From assembly GCA_963769935.1 (NCBI GenBank), contig CAVYNY010000035.1:64001-128000 (forward strand): a stretch of DNA of 64,000 bases, in the 5' to 3' direction. Each line of letters begins with the position of its first letter. Position 1 is the stretch's first letter. Position numbers and translations under genes: made by a program. Shown here one piece after another: positions 59,846-64,000 of the stretch. Under the pieces are notes generated by a model, which did not search any database, was not told the origin of the DNA, and saw only the letters and a list, made by a program, of their open reading frames with translations. This DNA is from an uncultured delta proteobacterium (GTDB lineage Bacteria; Desulfobacterota; Desulfobacteria; Desulfobacterales; JAFDCJ01).

Positions 59846-60193
59846 ATGCTGATGGTTTTCGCAACTGTGAGGATGACATTTTCTAAAAAAAACATTTGTG
59901 AAGCGATGAATTTCCTCCGATCGATCGCAGAGCGGAGCAACGTGCAACCGGGGTGTCTCAGCTGCGGGATCTACCGCAACGGGCAAGACGATAACATTCT
60001 CAAATTCGAGCAACTGTGGAGTGACCAGGGCAATCTGGACAATTATCTGCGGTCGGAGGAATACCGGCAACTGCTCCTGGTTATGGAGATGGCAATCGAA
60101 CAGCCGGAGATTCGGTTCGATACCATAGCGCATTCGACGGGGATCGAGACGATAGAAAAGGCCAGAAGATATACCGAGGGAAACTTATTATGA
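59846..60193 (+). CDS. Antibiotic biosynthesis monooxygenase (ABM)-like protein
   Basis: QPGCLSC.IY, EQLW...NLDNYLRSEEY and PEIRFDTI. GAGGAG RBS. Confidence 0.8.
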   Translation: MLMVFATVRMTFSKKNICEAMNFLRSIAERSNVQPGCLSCGIYRNGQDDNILKFEQLWSDQGNLDNYLRSEEYRQLLLVMEMAIEQPEIRFDTIAHSTGIETIEKARRYTEGNLL

Positions 60194-60402
60194 ATTACAG
60201 ACGAAGCGGTGACCTGGTGCCGGAAGGCGTCGGACCTCAGCCCTCAGGAGCCGAGGTATGCTTATACCCTGGCCTTCTATCTGAACCAGCAGGGCGACAA
60301 GGATGCGGCGGCCAGGACCTTGCAAACGCTCCTCGCCCGGTATCCGCAGCACCAGGATGCCGAGAGGCTGCTGAGGGAAATATCAAGGCAGGGGCACCAT
60401 GA
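60190..60402 (+). pseudogene. C-terminal TPR fragment of a deleted gene
   Basis: An ATG coupled to the ABM stop (MNYR) is followed out of frame by DEAVTWCRKASDLSPQEPRYAYTLAFYLNQQGDKDAA.., a lone TPR-like C-terminus. Confidence 0.6.
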
Positions 60403-60979
60403 AGAAAGGAATCGGGAAGATGAAACAGAACGATAGACCCTTTTGCCGGTTGAAAAGCGCGCTGGGCGTCGTCGCAATGGGGATCGTGCTCGCCGCAGCT
60501 TCCATTGCATCCGCCGCGGAAACACCGCGCCGGCCGAACATCGTCATCATCCTCGGCGACGACCTGGGATTCGCCGACATGGGCGCCTTCGGCAGCGAGA
60601 TGAAGACGCCGAACCTTGATTCGCTGGCCAGCGACGGCGTGCGCTTTACCAACTTCTACACGCACGCGAGCTGCTCGCCCACGCGGTCTGTGCTGCTGAG
60701 CGGCGTCGATACACACCTGAACGGCCTGGGCAACATGGACGAGTGGACTGCGCCCAACCAGTGGGGCGAGGACGGCTACGAGGGCTACCTCAACAACCGG
60801 GTGGCCACGCTGCCGCAGCTGCTCAAGGATGCCGGCTATCACACCTACATGGTCGGCAAGTGGCATCTGGGCAAGACGCCTGCCCAGATCCCGGCCGCCC
60901 GCGGATTCGAGCGCGATTTCTCGCTGCTCGAAGGGGCGGGCAGCTACTGGGACATGACGAATTTTACGGCCGCTTCTCC
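60399..60979 (+). pseudogene. Arylsulfatase N-terminal fragment
   Basis: Signal peptide, RPNIVIILGDDLG, TPNLD.LA, CSPTRS formylglycine motif and GKWHLG. Similarity ends at ..NFTAASP. Confidence 0.85.
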
Positions 60980-61443
60980 CCTGCCGTTTGTCCACCGCGT
61001 CGTCTTCATCTCGACGCCCCACCGCGGCAGTCACTTTACCGGGGGGTATATCAGCGCTCTGCTGAGACGTCTGATTTCGCTGCCCGGCGCGGCTTTTAAG
61101 CCCGCTCGAGGAGGTTTTCCAAAGGCGCCCCGAGGCCCTCACGGCGCGTGCGATGGGGACTGAAATCCCGCGCAGCACCGACAATATGAGCCCCGACAGC
61201 CCATTCGTCAAAACATTTTCGTCGATCCCGATTGCGCCGGGCGTCATCGCCCACTCCATCATTGCCGTGGCCAACCCCGAAGACCCGAAGGCAGACTGGG
61301 ATGACGGGGTGGTGCCTTACAGCAGCGCCCACATCGACGGTGTGGCCTCCGAGCTCGTCGTCCACTCCGGCCACTCCGCGCAGGAATCGGCCTTGGCCAT
61401 CGAGGAGGTGCGCCGGATCCTCGTTGAGAATCTCAAGAACTGA
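60980..61443 (+). pseudogene. C-terminal fragment of an alpha/beta hydrolase, fused to the sulfatase fragment and frameshifted
   Basis: PLPFVHRVVFISTPHRGS, then HSIIA, DGVVPYSSAH, SELVV.SGHS and EEVRRIL. Confidence 0.8.
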
Positions 61444-61454
61444 GGAGGCAGACG

Positions 61455-62459
61455 ATGGTGAAAATTTTTAAGTACGCCGGGGTATTCATTTGCGCCGCAG
61501 CCGTCATCCTCATGACAGCCTGGGGGGCCTTGGCGATCTGGTATTCGGACCTTGCGGGGGGCTATGCGCGTGCCGGCCTGGCCGGCCTGTTTGTGCTGGC
61601 GACCCTGCTGGCGTTTGTCTTTTTTCGCGGACGGCTGCGGACCCTGGCCGGGTTTCTCGTGGTCTTTGGCGGCATCGCGGCCTGGTGGTTGAGCATTCCG
61701 GCCTCGAACGACCGCGCCTGGCAGCCGGACGTGGCCGTTCTGCCCTACGCCACGGTCAAGGGTGAGCAGGTAACGATCCACAACATCCGCAACCTGAACT
61801 ACCGGACCGAGACGGACTTCGACGTGCGCTGCTACGACAAGACCTTCGACCTCAACCGGTTGGACTCGGTTGATCTGATTGCGGTCTACTGGATGGGGGA
61901 TGCAATCGCTCACATCATGGTTAGTTTCGGCTTCGAGGAGAATGACTTCGTAGCCTTTTCCATAGAGACACGCAAGGAGAAAGGCGAGGGGTACTCGACC
62001 CTCAAAGGTTTCTTTAAACAGTATGAGCTTACCTATGTCGTCGCTGATGAACGCGATCTTATCCGGTTGCGCACGGATTACCGCAACCCGCCGGAGGACG
62101 TCTACCTCTACCGGGGCCATATGACGCCGGACAACTCTCGTAAGTTCTTCATGGAGTATGTGCGTCAGATCAACTCCCTGAAGGAAAATCCCGAATGGTA
62201 CAATACGCTCACCACGAACTGCACCACGGACGTGGTTCGGCTCAACCGCGCCTATGGCGGTAAAGCGCGCTACAACTGGAAGGTGCTGTTCTCCGGCTAC
62301 GCCCCGCAATATGCATACGAAAACGGATCACTCGATACGCGCATCCCCTTCGAGGAGCTGCGCAAAAGGAGCTACATCAACCCTAAAGTGCACGCCATCG
62401 GCGACGATCCGCAATTTTCGCGTAAAATCCGCGAGGGACTGCCAAGACAGGAGGACTAA
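61455..62459 (+). CDS. DUF4105 (Lnb-like) domain membrane protein
   Basis: Three TM helices, PASNDRAW.PDV, NIRN, AHIMVSFGF, SIETRKE and YNTLTTNCTT (His/Cys pair). Confidence 0.88.
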   Translation: MVKIFKYAGVFICAAAVILMTAWGALAIWYSDLAGGYARAGLAGLFVLATLLAFVFFRGRLRTLAGFLVVFGGIAAWWLSIPASNDRAWQPDVAVLPYATVKGEQVTIHNIRNLNYRTETDFDVRCYDKTFDLNRLDSVDLIAVYWMGDAIAHIMVSFGFEENDFVAFSIETRKEKGEGYSTLKGFFKQYELTYVVADERDLIRLRTDYRNPPEDVYLYRGHMTPDNSRKFFMEYVRQINSLKENPEWYNTLTTNCTTDVVRLNRAYGGKARYNWKVLFSGYAPQYAYENGSLDTRIPFEELRKRSYINPKVHAIGDDPQFSRKIREGLPRQED

Positions 62460-62558
62460 GTGCACCCAAATAGCGATTGCTTTTTTGCTTAATATCAGCT
62501 AACTAAGGACTTTAAATTTACTTAACTATCAAGGAGTCAAAACAGAAAGGAGAACTTG

Positions 62559-63387
62559 ATGAAAAGGCATTTTTTAATGGCTATTATTTTCAGCGTCATT
62601 TTGGCGGCAGCCCCTGCTTTATCCGGCCAGGCGTGGGCCCAGCAACTCGATCTGGAGGTAGAAAACCCGGCTGAAGCTCATGCTGCGGGCCAGACGGCGG
62701 TGTCTGTCGGTCTGGGGCCGGGGATCGCCCCGGATTACGAAGGATCATCGGACTATAAGGCCGTTCCGATACCCTTTGTGTCGGTCAGATTCAGCAATGA
62801 CATGTCCATTCAGTGGATTGCCAATCTGGCGCGCGCCGATCTTATTCCCGACCGCACCTGGATGGGTGGGCCTATGGTGCAATATATCCAGAAAAGAGAC
62901 AATGTCGACAACAATAAAGTGGACAAGCTGGACAGTGTCGACGCCTCTCTGATGGCCGGCGGCTTTTTCGGCATCCGGTTTGATCAATTCAGCCTCAGCC
63001 TGGAAGCCATGCAGGATATTGCCGACGGCAACGACGGGGCGATTGTAAGGCTCAGAGGGGGCTATCATATAAAGATCAACAATGAGTGGAATACGTCGCT
63101 CAACGCTTTTACGACCTGGGCCAGCGAGGATTACATGGATGCGTATTTCGGGATCAATCAAAGCAATGCCAATAAAAGCGGACTGAAGACCTTATGACGC
63201 CGATGCGGGCATCAAGGATGTGGGGATTTCCCTGCCGGTTACCTACAGCCCGTGGGAGCATTGGAGCATCCTGGGGGCGGTGGCTTATAAACGGCTGGTG
63301 GGGGATGCGGCGGACAGCCCGGTGGTGGACGATGAAGGCGACGCCAACCAGTTTATCGGCGGGATGGTTCTCATCTATCGCTTTTAA
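62559..63387 (+). CDS. MipA/OmpV family outer-membrane protein, frameshifted near 63192
   Basis: Signal peptide, PDYEGSSDY and YMDAYFGI. Continues YDADAGIKDVG...LVGDAADSPVV..G.ANQF to a terminal YRF in another frame. Confidence 0.85.
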
Positions 63388-63397
63388 GCAGTTCGGA

Positions 63398-63571
63398 TAA
63401 GTTGGAGACGGAGCACAACGGAGAACGCCGATGTTGGGTTTCGCCCTGAGGAATCCATATCGGCGTAAAAGCTTGATTGCTGTAGGTTGGGTTGATCAGC
63501 CGCAGGCGGACAACATTATCCGTCGGGCTCAACCCAACCTACCCGCAATCCGGCCTCTTCGTCCGGCACTA
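63398..63571. mobile_element. Repeat family D copy 3 (left end degenerate)
   Basis: TTGGGTTTCGCCCT, GTAGGTTGGGTTGA ... CTCAACCCAACCTAC and right end TTCGTCCGGCACTA. Confidence 0.75.
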
Positions 63572-63691
63572 ATTAAAAACAAAGACCGAAAATCGGACTA
63601 CCCGTCTACACCATGGCCGGGACCGCTTCCCGCCCGGAGGGTTTACGGACCGTCGTCCTGCCTATCAAGTCGATGGAAAATAGACTTACCC

Positions 63692-64000
63692 ATGACGGCA
63701 GCTAAAATATTTTTCTATTTTTCGGGTATCGCGGTCCTTGTGCTGGTGGTTGTTCTGTTTTTTTTTGTCTTCAACCCACTGGGGCTGGGCCCGGAACCGG
63801 CGACCGTATTGTCGCCGGAATTCTTCGCAAATCCAGCACAGGATTTGAGCGAGTTGGAACTCCTGGTAGACGGCAGGGAGGCTTTCAACGAGATCTTGGC
63901 GGCGATCGATTCTGCTGAATCATCCATTTACATCCAGACTTACATTTGGAAGGATGACAGTACCGGGCAGGAAGTGGTAGCGAAGCTCAAAGACGCTGCA
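63692..64000 (+). CDS. Phospholipase D / cardiolipin synthase-like protein, N-terminal part (runs off window)
   Basis: N-terminal TM helix then LELLVDGREAF...AIDSAESSIYIQTYIWKDD.TG. HKD motifs are not reached. Confidence 0.75.
   Translation, partial: MTAAKIFFYFSGIAVLVLVVVLFFFVFNPLGLGPEPATVLSPEFFANPAQDLSELELLVDGREAFNEILAAIDSAESSIYIQTYIWKDDSTGQEVVAKLKDAA

Noticed and set aside
60399..61163. Novel natural sulfatase-hydrolase fusion protein
   Set aside because: The sulfatase lacks its C-terminal catalytic half and the hydrolase lacks its nucleophile region, so a deletion or assembly chimera is more likely.

Overview
A gene-dense bacterial chromosomal segment, inferred from gene content and intergenic repeat style to come from an anaerobic Desulfobacterota (Desulfobacterales-like) organism. 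No rRNA, tRNA, CRISPR array or intact transposase was recognised. From left to right it contains: (1) the 3' end of an outer-membrane beta-barrel resembling Cyc2-like cytochrome-porins, followed by a DUF2231-cytochrome c fusion and membrane proteases; (2) a NarL-type two-component system, a universal stress protein and kup; (3) a minus-strand catabolic cluster (cupin, HpcH aldolase, D-2-hydroxyacid dehydrogenase, divergent SucCD-like ligase, DSD1/D-threonine-aldolase-like enzyme) facing an orphan GrdB/PrdB-like selenoprotein with an in-frame UGA, UxxC motif and SECIS-like hairpin; (4) an MdtAB-like RND pump, a class III cyclase-TPR protein, acnA and a PilZ protein; (5) a polyol ABC transporter with an erythritol/threitol-type dehydrogenase; (6) a four-subunit 2-oxoacid:ferredoxin oxidoreductase; (7) two Hsp20 genes with a divergent hypothetical gene; (8) a GntR/UTRA-led cluster with an atypical transaldolase-fold enzyme, tandem alanine dehydrogenases, an aminotransferase, EtfBA, a membrane Fe-S oxidoreductase, a GcvT-type flavoprotein and transketolase; (9) a decayed sigma-54/arylsulfatase locus with three apparent internal deletions, then DUF4105, MipA and a partial phospholipase D gene. 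Intergenic DNA carries several families of small repeats, some nested inside one another. Single-base frameshifts in conserved genes are most likely sequencing or assembly errors. Family assignments come from motif recognition only; no database search was run.
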